The notes beneath the pieces are model-generated. The model made no database searches. It saw only the letters and a list, made by a program, of their open reading frames with translations, and was not told the DNA's origin. Source: Octopus bimaculoides (taxonomy: Eukaryota). Taken from it: DNA of 32,788 nt. The stretch covers positions 56,711,025 to 56,743,812 of the forward strand of contig NC_068992.1 of assembly GCF_001194135.2 (NCBI RefSeq), in the 5' to 3' direction. How positions within the stretch are numbered: the first letter of the stretch is position 1; each line of letters starts with the position of its first letter. A program made the translations under genes and the position numbers. Shown here in pieces: positions 1-11,049 of this stretch.

Positions 1-117
1 TTCTTCTTCTTCTTCTTCTTCTTCTTCTTCTTCTTCTTCTTCTTCTTCTTCTTCTTCTTCTTCTTCTTCTTCTTCTTCTTCTTCTTCTTCTTCTTCTTTC
101 CTCTCCTCTCCTCTCTC
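1..117. repeat. (TTC)n microsatellite followed by a short (CTCTC)n-type pyrimidine repeat
   Basis: Directly visible. It runs off the left edge of the window. Confidence 0.98.
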
Positions 118-404
118 TTACTCAGACACTCTCTGGATATGGCTGCAATTGAAACTGTCCACCTATTGTCACTTGGTACTATATTGGCTGCGACTATGGC
201 CGCAGCTTCAGAGCTTAAACAAGTTTAAAACTATCAGACGTATCTGTGGAAAATTTAAACCATTACACGCTCATTTCTCGAGATGAAGTTCACTCGATCG
301 TATATCCTAATCTTCATTCTCCACCCCCAACTGGAAATTCCTCATAAATATTCATTAGTACTTTCGTGTTTCTTTGATTTCATTTTTCTTTTGTTATTTA
401 CTCG

Positions 405-470
405 TTTCATCATTGAAATGCGGCCATGCTTGGACACTGTTTGAAGAATTTTAATCGGACAAAAATAATA
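405..470 (-). mobile_element. SINE family A, 3'-terminal fragment
   Basis: 'gtttcatcattgaaatgcggccatgcttggacactgtttgaag' resembles 24526-24570 and the reverse complement of 28640-28690 and 31545-31595. Confidence 0.55.
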
Positions 471-548
471 GATATATTTTAAGCCAGCTTCGGATTCTAT
501 CAATGTCTTTTTGTCAAACCGTTTAACACGCGTAGGGGAGTAAGATAT

Positions 549-602
549 GCACAGAGATGCACATAGGTATATATATATATATATATTATCATTATTATCA
601 TA

Positions 603-691
<89 letters not shown>

Positions 692-792
692 GATTATCAT
701 TAATATTATTATTATTATTATTATCATTATTATTATTATTATTATTATTATTGTTATTATTATCATTATTATCTTTATTATTATTATTATTA

Positions 793-854
<62 letters not shown>

Positions 855-855
855 T
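549..855. repeat. (TA)n + (ATT)n microsatellite
   Basis: Directly visible. It produces the poly-Ile ORFs 500..913 and 690..875. Confidence 0.98.
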
Positions 856-1129
856 TATCTTTTGTTTTGTATTGACTCCAGTTCTCACCCAGAGCAGTCG
901 AGAGACAAAACAAGTTAGAAGTTCAAGTTAGTGTCATGACTAGAGAGCGATATATTTGTTTGTTTTTTTCTGTACAGCCTATTGTTCTTGAGAATGTCTG
1001 TCAAAACATAAGTTAATTAGAAGTTTGTTTTAAAAGTAATTTGATTATAAGATTATAGTCTGATGTTAAGATGATAATAAAAGATGTTTGATGTTATGTA
1101 CATTTAAAAGTATTTTGACACTGTATTTT

Positions 1130-1246
1130 GCTATCATTCCTAGGGCAAAAGGGGCTCATTGCTACCTAGCTCAGGTACCAGGAAATCCCCAAACGGAGGA
1201 AATTAAAAAAAAGTGCCCATGGGAACTGTCCATATCCTACGTAAAA
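1130..1246 (+). mobile_element. Extreme C-terminal fragment of an RLE-type (R4/Dong-like) non-LTR retrotransposon protein
   Basis: Translates to AIIPRAKGAHCYLAQVPGNPQTEEIKK, then after a frameshift MGTVHILRK. This matches the recalled C-terminal pattern (GALG..YL.QIPG.P..EIQK..L.GTAHILRK) of R4/Dong-clade proteins. Family assignment is from recall. Confidence 0.6.
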
Positions 1247-1248
1247 AT

Positions 1249-1317
1249 CATTATCATCATCATCATCGTCGTTGTCGTCATCGTCGTCATCATCATCATC
1301 ATCATCACCACCATCAC

Positions 1318-1382
<65 letters not shown>

Positions 1383-1424
1383 ACATAGTCTTTTCTTTCT
1401 CATCATCAAGTTCATTAACATCAT
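1249..1424. repeat. (CAT)n microsatellite with CGT/CAC variants
   Basis: Directly visible. It produces the poly-His, poly-Ile and poly-Met ORFs. Confidence 0.98.
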
Positions 1425-1901
1425 CAATATTTACCCACGTCAATCTGTTTCTTTCGGTTGAATGTATAATCAAAAGGCTGTCTAATTAATTTTGTTCAAT
1501 TTATCGTGTCTGTGCAAGAGAAATATCGGATAAATCATTTAATTCTGGGGTGCTACTCTTCTGTTATTTTTGTAGCAATAAAATTCTGTTAATTCCTTCT
1601 ATTACTATTTGCCTGGAGCAAGTTACACTTTTTGCGGCCCTTTCTGTCGATATTCTATTGTTACAAGTTTTTTCTCGGAAATATTGACTTTCAATATTTT
1701 GTACAATCTTGTTATAGTATATGTACGTTTACATATACGTAGATATTGGTACAAGCTATATTTCCCAAACAAAATTATAACTACTACATACATTTTTATG
1801 ATATGACAAACCTATATTTTCAAGTATTGTTACGCTTCTACAATCACTATATAATTAATATAAATCTAGGCTATTTACGTAATTTGAACAAAGAAAATCA
1901 A

Positions 1902-1902
1902 G

Positions 1903-1963
<61 letters not shown>

Positions 1964-2137
1964 TGTATGTGTGTGTGTATGTTTGTGTTTGTGTATGTAT
2001 GTGTGTGTGTGTGTGTGCATATATGCATATATATGTATATATATATATATGTAGTATATATATGTAATATATATGTATATATGTATATATATATGTATGA
2101 CATATGTATACATACATACATATATATATATATATCG
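1902..2137. repeat. Compound (TA)n/(TATG)n/(TG)n microsatellite
   Basis: Directly visible. Confidence 0.97.
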
Positions 2138-2376
2138 ATACTTGAAAATGATTGGTAACTCTGATATGAAATATATTTTATTCATTGGGTTGCAACGGTT
2201 AGTAACAAAAGGCATATGCAATTGTGTGACTTTTGCAATCATAAATTTAGTCTAAGCTATAATAGTTAGTCTGAAAGAAAACAAAAATATGTACGATATT
2301 AGTTGAATATCTCTCAATATTGAAAAAACCTTTTGTATAATGTTCTTTGTTGTGAAAATTAGTTGAATAACAAAGG

Positions 2377-2467
2377 CATATAACACAAAGTATGGAAGGC
2401 TGAGATGATCATATAATTATCATATAACACAAAGTATGGAAGGCTGAGTTGATCATATAATTATCAT
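2377..2467. repeat. Tandem duplication of a 44-bp unit (2 copies, 1 mismatch)
   Basis: catataacacaaagtatggaaggctgag(a/t)tgatcatataattat starts at 2377 and at 2421. Confidence 0.95.
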
Positions 2468-2734
2468 CGTGACAAACAAACCGAAAACTTCGTATTGGAA
2501 TTTAGAATTAGTACAAAGTAATGATTTTAATTAACGGCTAATGAATAATTCTTCGTGGGTGTTCTTTTAATATTTTATATAATTTGAACTGCCAATAGAC
2601 GGTAGATTCGAAGATGGTGATGTTTTATTTATTTCTAGCAATCTTAGTTATTTTTCTAATGGTAGAATAACGTCTATATATCGCTGTAGGTTATTCAAAC
2701 ACCAAGACATATGCTTCATCATGTTTATCGTCTA

Positions 2735-3320
2735 TTATTTTTTTACGAATTTCACTTCTTGGATTCTGACATTGCTGGGGCAACACTTTGAAGAGTTTTC
2801 GTCGAACAAATCGACACCAGTGCTTATCCTTTTACTTTTCGTTCTTCTGGTACTAATTTAATTTATCAGTAACAGTTATGCGTCAGGATTGTAAACAAGG
2901 CAACATCAACTGTCAATCGGTGACGAGGTCAAAGAAAAACAGAGACCCACATATACACATATTCACATATACGCACAAGCATACACACACATATATACAC
3001 ACACTCATACACACACACATACGTATACGCTCATGCATACACACATACACACACTTACACATACGCACATCCATACACACACATACATATATATGAGGTT
3101 TCCCGTCTATCAAATTCACTCACGAGTTATTAGCCTTATAAATATACACATATACTCACATATACACATATACACATATACTCATATGTGCACATGCATG
3201 CACACACACATACATATACGCACATGCATACACACACATAACACGCACTTATATATACGCACATGCATAGACACACATACATATATGCGGTTTCCGTCTA
3301 TAAAATTCACTCACGAGTGA
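2735..3320 (-). mobile_element. Diverged SINE family A copy with internal CA/TA microsatellite and a local duplication of the microsatellite-junction segment
   Basis: 2735-2945 resembles 24520-24740 (shared 'gaacaaatcgac'). 'ccgtctat(c/a)aaattcactcacgag' occurs twice (about 3102-3126 and 3295-3318) and resembles 24785-24806. Confidence 0.7.
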
Positions 3321-3673
3321 AACTGTAGGATTGAACCCAAAAGAATGTTGTTTTTCTCGATACGAGATCAGCGATTGAGTGTCGCTTAAACAATATATAG
3401 TATTTTCAAGTGGAAATAGCTTTCGTCAGTAGCTGGTGGTTCTTTCACACTGAGGACCTACATCTGTGAGTATCGCGTAAGGTTAGAGATGGGAGCGATA
3501 ACCTCTCTTGCAAATGCTATATACGGACACAAACTATGTGTGTCAATAGCTAGCTGGAGCTAATACAACAGTAACATCGTCCTTTATAGGACTGCCACGT
3601 TATGTTGGGATATAAGCATTACTATTCAGTACAATTATTGTATTTCTCTCGCTCAGAGATTTAAAACGATTTT

Positions 3674-3839
<166 letters not shown>

Positions 3840-4408
3840 TCTCTCTACGATATTCTCTCAGGAGGTATTGATCGTCCCGAGGATATAGTATAAATCCTTG
3901 ACCATGATTTCAATCATATCCGCTCTATCAGGATTAACTTGAGGGAAAACAAGAATAACAACTAACAACATGATATTCTAGTCTATACTTGAATACTGCC
4001 TGCTTAGCAGCCGCTGAAGACACATAACATTCATGATACTGCAACTATATCAGAGCAATAGACATAGAGAAGGAAAGAGAAATTATGTGTAAGAGAGAGT
4101 GAGAGGGTAGAACAGAGGATACCGGTATGTGTGTGTTTAATATGTGTGTTGTGTGTATTATTCATAAAACGATAATGACAATCTAATGATGTTTTTTAAA
4201 GATACAGACAGCCATATTGGATAGCTATGTATATCTTGATCCTGGAGGTTATTCTAGTCTTGTAACTTACGAAAGTTCGTAAAAACTTCCAATCTTGATT
4301 CAGAAAGAAGGTTTATTATAGGAGTAATACTCAACAAGTTGAAATAACGTGCTGTGCTGATAGATATTAACGCCATAAAATCGATTCTATATACGGTATT
4401 ATATTGGT

Positions 4409-4488
4409 ATACATACATACATACATACATACATACATACATACGTACGTACGTACATACGTACATACATACATACATACATACATAC
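4409..4488. repeat. (TACA)n microsatellite
   Basis: Directly visible. Confidence 0.97.
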
Positions 4489-4489
4489 C

Positions 4490-4870
4490 GTCATAGAGGC
4501 CAGCTCTCGCGCTGATGTTAATATCTCTTTGAAAAATCAAAGAGAAAGAAGATGATTATGGAAAACTGCTTCTATTTTCGGATTACAAATTTACATCTAT
4601 ATCAATAATAATTGGAGCACTTGGTTTTTTGAGTAAATGCCTAAATAACAGTCTCGATAAACTTAGATTTTCACATAAAGAAATCAATCAACTGATTCAC
4701 AGATTACAAATACAATCTATAAGTGGAACAGTAATACTATGCAAGACTTTTCTCAGGTTTAAAATGTGACATTGAATTCGTTATCTACATTCCAATGATG
4801 GAGCATTGTATCTTTCTTAGAAACAAGCTTCCGTTTCAGCGGAAGAATTCAAATGATCAAAAACTGAATA
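4490..4870 (+). mobile_element. 5'-truncated RLE-type non-LTR retrotransposon (R2/R4/NeSL group): endonuclease C-terminus plus short 3' UTR
   Basis: Manual translation gives VIEASSRADVNISL (4490-4531). After a 1-nt shift in an A-run it reads KIKEKEDDYGKLLLFSDYKFTSISIIIGALGFLSKCLNNSLDKLRFSHKEINQLIHRLQIQSISGTVILCKTFLRFKM with TGA at 4767-4769. The IE.S..AD.N, K..EK...Y, IIIGALG and terminal GT motifs match the recalled RLE domain pattern. It is absent from the ORF track. Confidence 0.8.
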
Positions 4871-4917
4871 GAAACATATATAATATATATATCTATTACG
4901 CATAAACAGATAGACAG

Positions 4918-5136
4918 NNNNNNNNNNNNNNNNNNNNNNNNNNNNNNNNNNNNNNNNNNNNNNNNNNNNNNNNNNNNNNNNNNNNNNNNNNNNNNNNNNN
5001 NNNNNNNNNNNNNNNNNNNNNNNNNNNNNNNNNNNNNNNNNNNNNNNNNNNNNNNNNNNNNNNNNNNNNNNNNNNNNNNNNNNNNNNNNNNNNNNNNNNN
5101 NNNNNNNNNNNNNNNNNNNNNNNNNNNNNNNNNNNN
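4918..5136. other. Assembly gap (N-run)
   Basis: Run of n. Confidence 1.
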
Positions 5137-6074
5137 TATATATATATACATATATATATATATACATATATATATGCACGTGTGTGTGTGTGTATATAAT
5201 ATCTATACACATTGTCTTAAAACAGAGTCATTATTTCTTATTCAAATAGTTCATTGGTGACTTTGCCGGTATCCGTTTTAGTTACACACGTTCATCCTAT
5301 CCACACAACATTAACATCCTTATTTAATGTAGCTGTTTTATTCATAACAATGAACTGTATTTTACTTGTCACTATATGATTGTTTTCAATACAAGTAGTA
5401 TAGCTTGATATTTTCTAGCAAATAATTGTTATACTATCAACATCAGTTTTTTGTAATTAATTCAGCTGAAATCACAGAGAGAGCAAAACAAAAGAAAAAT
5501 AACTGTCCATATTTGCAGCCGTTTAGATGAAATGAATGTTCAGATGAAATTATTTGCAAAAACATAATGAAATATTTATAAAATTAATGAGTTATATTTA
5601 TAAAAATACAAAAAGTTAACCTAAGAATTGTCTAATCAATCTTTAATAATTTGAATTTATGAAATATAGAAATTCACATTAGACGCAACCTTACGACCCT
5701 TTCTTCTGCTGTAAATTGGCGATAGGGAAATCTCCACAAGATTACTCGTCGCACAGGGGAACTAAACTAATGACTTGGATGCAAGTTCATTGATTACAGA
5801 ATTTAAAAAAAATGAAATATAATGTATAATAAAATACTAAATTACATGGTTGTGATTTAATCACCAATTTTACAAATCAATGGATAATTATAAAGGAGTA
5901 AGAGTAAATATTTGTCTGATACAAAATTTAGTATGCAATGTCAAAATCTCAGATAACAAAGCAGCAGAATTACCACGAGAGAATACTGATAAAGAAGAAA
6001 TAAGAGTTGTATGAAATCTATGGAGGTTTTGAAACCAAATATTTTGCGCGTATCTATCTTGCCTTATGTTGGAA

Positions 6075-6215
6075 GCATTAGGTGGAGGCTTGGTTGTTTC
6101 TTAATCACATGGTTTCGCGTTCAGCCTATTGTGTGGCAATTTGTGCATGTGTCTTCTATTAATAACCTCGAGCCGATTAATGCCTTGCGAAGGATTTGGT
6201 AGACGGAAACTGAAA
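6075..6215 (+). mobile_element. SINE family A, 5' half (tRNA-like head and central segment), diverged
   Basis: Aligns with the reverse complement of 24770-24905 (shared 'aatcacatggtt', 'gtggca', 'ctcgagccga', 'gatttggta..gg.aactgaaag'). Confidence 0.75.
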
Positions 6216-6417
6216 GATAACAATTCCATACATAATTACATACATACATACATGTGTATGTATGTATGTATGTATGTATGTATGTATGTATGTATGTATG
6301 TATGTATGCATGCATGTATGTATGTATGTATGTATATAAGTATGTATGTATGTATGTATGTAAGTATGTATGTATGTATGTATGGAATTGTTATCTTTCA
6401 GTTTCCGTCTATCAAAT
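6194..6417. repeat. Fold-back inverted repeat: 41-bp arms (1 mismatch) enclosing inverted (TACA)n/(TGTA)n
   Basis: 6194-6234 atttggtagacggaaactgaaagataacaattccatacata versus the reverse complement of 6377-6417 atttgatagacggaaactgaaagataacaattccatacata. The microsatellite switches strand at about 6251. Confidence 0.93.
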
Positions 6418-6591
6418 TTCCTGTTTTACGGGAAAAGGGTTTAACAAATTGTTTCAATTTAAAAATTTTGCTAAAAAAATTGTTTTTTTTTTTCATAGAA
6501 AAAGGTTTGAATTGTTGTGCCTTCAAAAGTTATCAAAAAATTTTAATTGTCATTTTGCTGCACTTTTTGAAAAAAAAGTAGTTTTAAAAAT

Positions 6592-7550
6592 AAACTAGAA
6601 AAGCACTCGGAGAGGGCAGACCTCCGCCAAGCAGCTCATTTCCACCCATATACCCGCATGCTGAAAATCGCCCGAATTCCCAAACCAACACCGACGAAAA
6701 CATAACCTTCTTAGCGGGGTTGAAAAATAACACAGCCATATGATTAAAAAAAAAACCCTTTAAAAACAGGAATCATCTGAAGCAGTTATGATACATGACA
6801 ACAGCAAGCTAGTTTCACCATACAACTAAAAAGGAACAACAATTACCTAAAACTTGAGTGATACACACACAACATCATGGTCGTAAAAGTAACAGTCGGT
6901 TACGGTGACTTGTGGACGCTGATCCTGGTTCACGTAAACATGATCTATAAGGCTTCCATAGTCGGTGGTGCCTTTTTGGACTAGTTGGTCGAACCCAAAC
7001 TGGTTCATAGTTGTCAAGGTCTCATGGTTAGGGGAATCAAGGAGATCCACGTTGAAATCACCGAGGACGATAGTCAGATGGTTCCTTGGCAAAGATAAAA
7101 GAGGTATCTGTCTACTTACGAAACTAAACCTACCTTCCTACTTTACATCCCTCTGTTGGTCAGTATAGTATCAATCATCCCTCAAGAGTCCATAGATATG
7201 CGAGTAAAATTACTAATAGAGAAACGAAAATAAAACTTTGGAAACAGCAACGCCACCATAGGTTACGTGGAAACGATGAACGTGTTTTCAAGGGAGATAA
7301 TCAAAGAACGTAATATTGTAATACTTCACGTAAAGTAAATATAACAAATGAAAAATTCTTCGAGAATCCAGAAAAAATCCCGGATCACTACCAAAATTTC
7401 GTCATCTGTTCCTTGTGTCTTTACCAAATTTTCCTGCAAGTGTCATCAAATACCGTTTACAACTTTCTGAGTTATTTTGAACACAGTCGAACGGGCGGAC
7501 TAACCAACGCCGATGACAACATAACCACCTTCCTTGGCGGACGTAACAAT
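6592..7550 (-). mobile_element. Helentron (Helitron2)-type rolling-circle element, internally deleted or composite, with HINE/DINE-1-like termini
   Basis: Subterminal inverted motifs cctccgccaag (6621-6631) and cttggcgga (7533-7541). On the minus strand the 3' end reads ...ggcggaggtctgccctctccgagtgcttttctagttt with a small terminal hairpin. The 5' end reads ccgccaaggaaggtggttatgttgtcatcggcgttgg. It encloses an AP-endonuclease fragment in the same orientation. The terminal pattern is recalled from HINE-type elements. Confidence 0.75.
6847..7092 (-). pseudogene. C-terminal fragment of an apurinic-like (EEP/APE) endonuclease, Helentron-type
   Basis: The ORF has the EEP motifs VLGDFNVD, LIDHVYVN and YF(Y)DHD, followed by a stop a few residues later. 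A C-terminal EN fits the Helentron Rep/Hel-EN protein rather than a LINE ORF2, where EN precedes RT. Upstream sequence is disrupted by stops. Confidence 0.85.
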
Positions 7551-7860
7551 TCTCTTCCGCCTGTTTCTTTTTCTTTTCTCTCCTCCATTCCAGTTTTCAA
7601 TCTTTTCTCTTCATCTCGGTCATCATCCTAATTCCCAGACTTATTTCTCTTTCATGCTTCTTCCCCCTCTCTTTTCCTTTCCTCTCTTCTTCCTCCTTTT
7701 CCCTTTGTCTTCTTCATCCCATCATTTACCCCCTTCCATCTTCCCTCTTCATTATCCTTCCTCCTGGACCTACCTTTGTTTCATGTTTCTCCTCTCCTCC
7801 ACCCCTCCTTTTTCTCTTCTATCCTCCATTCCATTATTTGTTTCCTTCCGTACTTCAGTT
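7551..7860. repeat. Pyrimidine-rich (CT) low-complexity tract
   Basis: Strongly C/T-biased plus strand. It explains ORF 7534..7968. Confidence 0.85.
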
Positions 7861-8206
7861 CATTCTGAAAGAAATTATATAGTTAATCTTCATTCGATAA
7901 TAAAAGGGAATTTAATTGGTAGCATTCCCCACCGCTTTAAAAATAATATTTGTTTGCTAATGAGATGAGCATTTTAAAAGGCGCAATAAAATACCAATTA
8001 AATTTCTTTCAATCTCTTCGATTCAAGTTTCTAACTTTTGAAGGCTTAACATTAAACCATTTTCTATAAAACAGCAATTATTTTAGAAAAATTTGAAGTT
8101 TGAACATTTTGTCGAACCCTTTTTCTGTAAGACAGGAATTTTTTCCATTAAAATTTCTTGTTTTTTAAGATTATTTTAGCTCTTTTATGATCTAAATTAC
8201 CCTTAG

Positions 8207-8390
8207 GGCGGCAAGCTGGCAGAATTGTTAGTATGCTGGACGAAATGCTTAACAGTATTCGGTACGTTCTGAGTTCAAATCCCGCTGAGGTCGACTTTCC
8301 TTTTCATAATTTCGGCGAAAAAGACTGATAGAACAAGTTCTAGACTTTAGTGTAAATACAAATGTCGATTTGTTGAACTAAACCCTTCAA
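8207..8390 (+). mobile_element. Chimeric SINE: family B 5' part (8207-8314) joined to a family A 3' fragment (8311-8390)
   Basis: ggcggcaagctggcagaattgttag...gagttcaaatcccgctgaggtcgacttt matches family B copies (14566, 27067). The following ttcggcgaaaaagactgatagaacaag...gtcgatttgttgaactaaacccttcaa matches the family A 3' half (28563, and reverse complement of 24560-24640). Confidence 0.7.
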
Positions 8391-9864
8391 AATTGTACCT
8401 CATTATGCCAGCAGTCTAATGCATGAAACAATTAAACGGAAAAAGATAAAAGTCTTTCAATAATGGAATGCAGTTGTCCTCAAGTGATTATGGCTCAGTA
8501 CTATGTACTGTTCTTTTGCTTTGTGTTATATTAGCAAATAGTTTTATTATATTGTTGGTCTCTAATTGTTTATTTGTCCTTGTATGTTGGAGACATTCTT
8601 CACAACACCTGAATCTTATCACTGGAAGGAGTCAGAAGTGCATCCCCACGTGGCTGCTATCTTCTATACACTATCTGCACCTCTCTGTCAAGGGATTGAA
8701 GGTACGACTTTATGACTACGAGCCAAACATCTTGACTGCTAAGTCACGTTGATCCAATAAATAGAAATTATAGAAAATTTCTCGAAAATAAATATAAAGA
8801 ACACATGAAAACTGCATGTAATGTGCGGCAGCATTATATCTAAATATTTATAACATATATAACTGATGTATGATAGGTGCTTACTTAATTCAACTAAACC
8901 TACTTGAAAAAGGAAGAAAGCATTAGATTGCATATATATCTGCAAAACTAAATTAATAATCGAGATTCACAAATATGTAAAGCTTTCAAATGCAGGCCAG
9001 GTCCATCCGTTCTGACCGCGAATTACAAAACAACATTAACTGGCTTCTTAATATAGGAAAGATATTTCTATCATTCTAAAGAAAAAAAAAAAACGAAAAA
9101 ACCTCCTGGGATTTCTGGAGATATTTAGCTATTTTTGTTATTGCGATTTCTGTGAGGTTGAATATAATATACAGACGCATCAAGACACCCCTAGCTTCCA
9201 TAGGAATTAACAATTATGCTGTTTTACCATCTGCCTTTGTCAGTTGCAAGTTGTGCTTCAGTTACTTATAATATATTCCAATATTTCAAGAATTTACAGC
9301 CGAATATCTCAGTTTCCTAAACGATTTACGAGGAATCGGTCTAACATCTGTACAAGAAGTTAAGGCACCTTTGCATATTATATGAATATTTCTGTATCGA
9401 ATTTTCCTTTGATATTGTTTAAGAGCCGTCCAACAAAAACATCACTAACACTCATACGCATTCATTCACAGATATAGCGAACCGATACACAGACAATAAT
9501 CTCGTAAAGTTATACTGATGTATTGGAAAGGAAAAAAAAAGAGAAAGAATACGTTATACGTAGATAGATATTTGTGTATGCGTGCGGGTTTTATATATGT
9601 ATATGTGTGTGAGTGATACTATGATGCATAGACCTTGATATGTATACGGAATTATAGATCAATAAATAGATATAGAGATATAGAAAGACAAAGAAGAAAG
9701 ACACTTACTTTACAGCGGTTTATGGTTCAGGCATTTGACGTACATTCAAGTTGTTATTTATTATATTTATTACAATTTCTACACCTCATATATAACATAT
9801 ATTTTTCTTCATGTCATTTACAAAAATATTATGTACTATATTTATTTACATATGCATACACACA

Positions 9865-9944
<80 letters not shown>

Positions 9945-10160
9945 CATCTATCTATCTATCTATCTATCAATCTATCTATCTATCCATCTATCTGTTTCTC
10001 TGTGTCTCTGTGTGTCTCTCTGTGTCGCTGTGTGTGTGTCTGTGTGTCTGTCAGTCTATGTGTCTGTCTGTCTATGTGTCTGTCTGTCTATCGACCTGTC
10101 TTCTTTGTAACTATATTATTGCATCGTAAAATGTAATATATATATATATATATATATATA
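9865..10160. repeat. (TATC)n, (TGTC/TG)n and (TA)n microsatellites
   Basis: Directly visible. Confidence 0.95.
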
Positions 10161-10991
10161 NNNNNNNNNNNNNNNNNNNNNNNNNNNNNNNNNNNNNNNN
10201 NNNNNNNNNNNNNNNNNNNNNNNNNNNNNNNNNNNNNNNNNNNNNNNNNNNNNNNNNNNNNNNNNNNNNNNNNNNNNNNNNNNNNNNNNNNNNNNNNNNN
10301 NNNNNNNNNNNNNNNNNNNNNNNNNNNNNNNNNNNNNNNNNNNNNNNNNNNNNNNNNNNNNNNNNNNNNNNNNNNNNNNNNNNNNNNNNNNNNNNNNNNN
10401 NNNNNNNNNNNNNNNNNNNNNNNNNNNNNNNNNNNNNNNNNNNNNNNNNNNNNNNNNNNNNNNNNNNNNNNNNNNNNNNNNNNNNNNNNNNNNNNNNNNN
10501 NNNNNNNNNNNNNNNNNNNNNNNNNNNNNNNNNNNNNNNNNNNNNNNNNNNNNNNNNNNNNNNNNNNNNNNNNNNNNNNNNNNNNNNNNNNNNNNNNNNN
10601 NNNNNNNNNNNNNNNNNNNNNNNNNNNNNNNNNNNNNNNNNNNNNNNNNNNNNNNNNNNNNNNNNNNNNNNNNNNNNNNNNNNNNNNNNNNNNNNNNNNN
10701 NNNNNNNNNNNNNNNNNNNNNNNNNNNNNNNNNNNNNNNNNNNNNNNNNNNNNNNNNNNNNNNNNNNNNNNNNNNNNNNNNNNNNNNNNNNNNNNNNNNN
10801 NNNNNNNNNNNNNNNNNNNNNNNNNNNNNNNNNNNNNNNNNNNNNNNNNNNNNNNNNNNNNNNNNNNNNNNNNNNNNNNNNNNNNNNNNNNNNNNNNNNN
10901 NNNNNNNNNNNNNNNNNNNNNNNNNNNNNNNNNNNNNNNNNNNNNNNNNNNNNNNNNNNNNNNNNNNNNNNNNNNNNNNNNNNNNNNNNNN
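10161..10991. other. Assembly gap (N-run), followed by (AC)n to about 11047
   Basis: Run of n. Confidence 1.

Positions 10992-11049
<58 letters not shown>

Noticed and set aside
500-2255. Long poly-Ile, poly-His, poly-Met and YI/CV/HT-repeat ORFs (and the similar ones at 9635-13650, 22840-23299, 28445-29781, 32153-32486)
   Set aside because: They are translations of tri-, di- and tetranucleotide microsatellites that lack stop codons in some frames. There is no evidence of coding.
2377-2467. Short direct repeats as a possible CRISPR array (also 12895-12960, 26787-26843)
   Set aside because: Only 2-3 adjacent units without unique regular spacers, no cas genes, and a eukaryotic context.
6847-7092. 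Host DNA-repair gene exon or LINE ORF2 endonuclease
   Set aside because: The EN motifs end in a stop with no RT downstream, upstream sequence has stops, and the fragment sits between Helentron-type termini.
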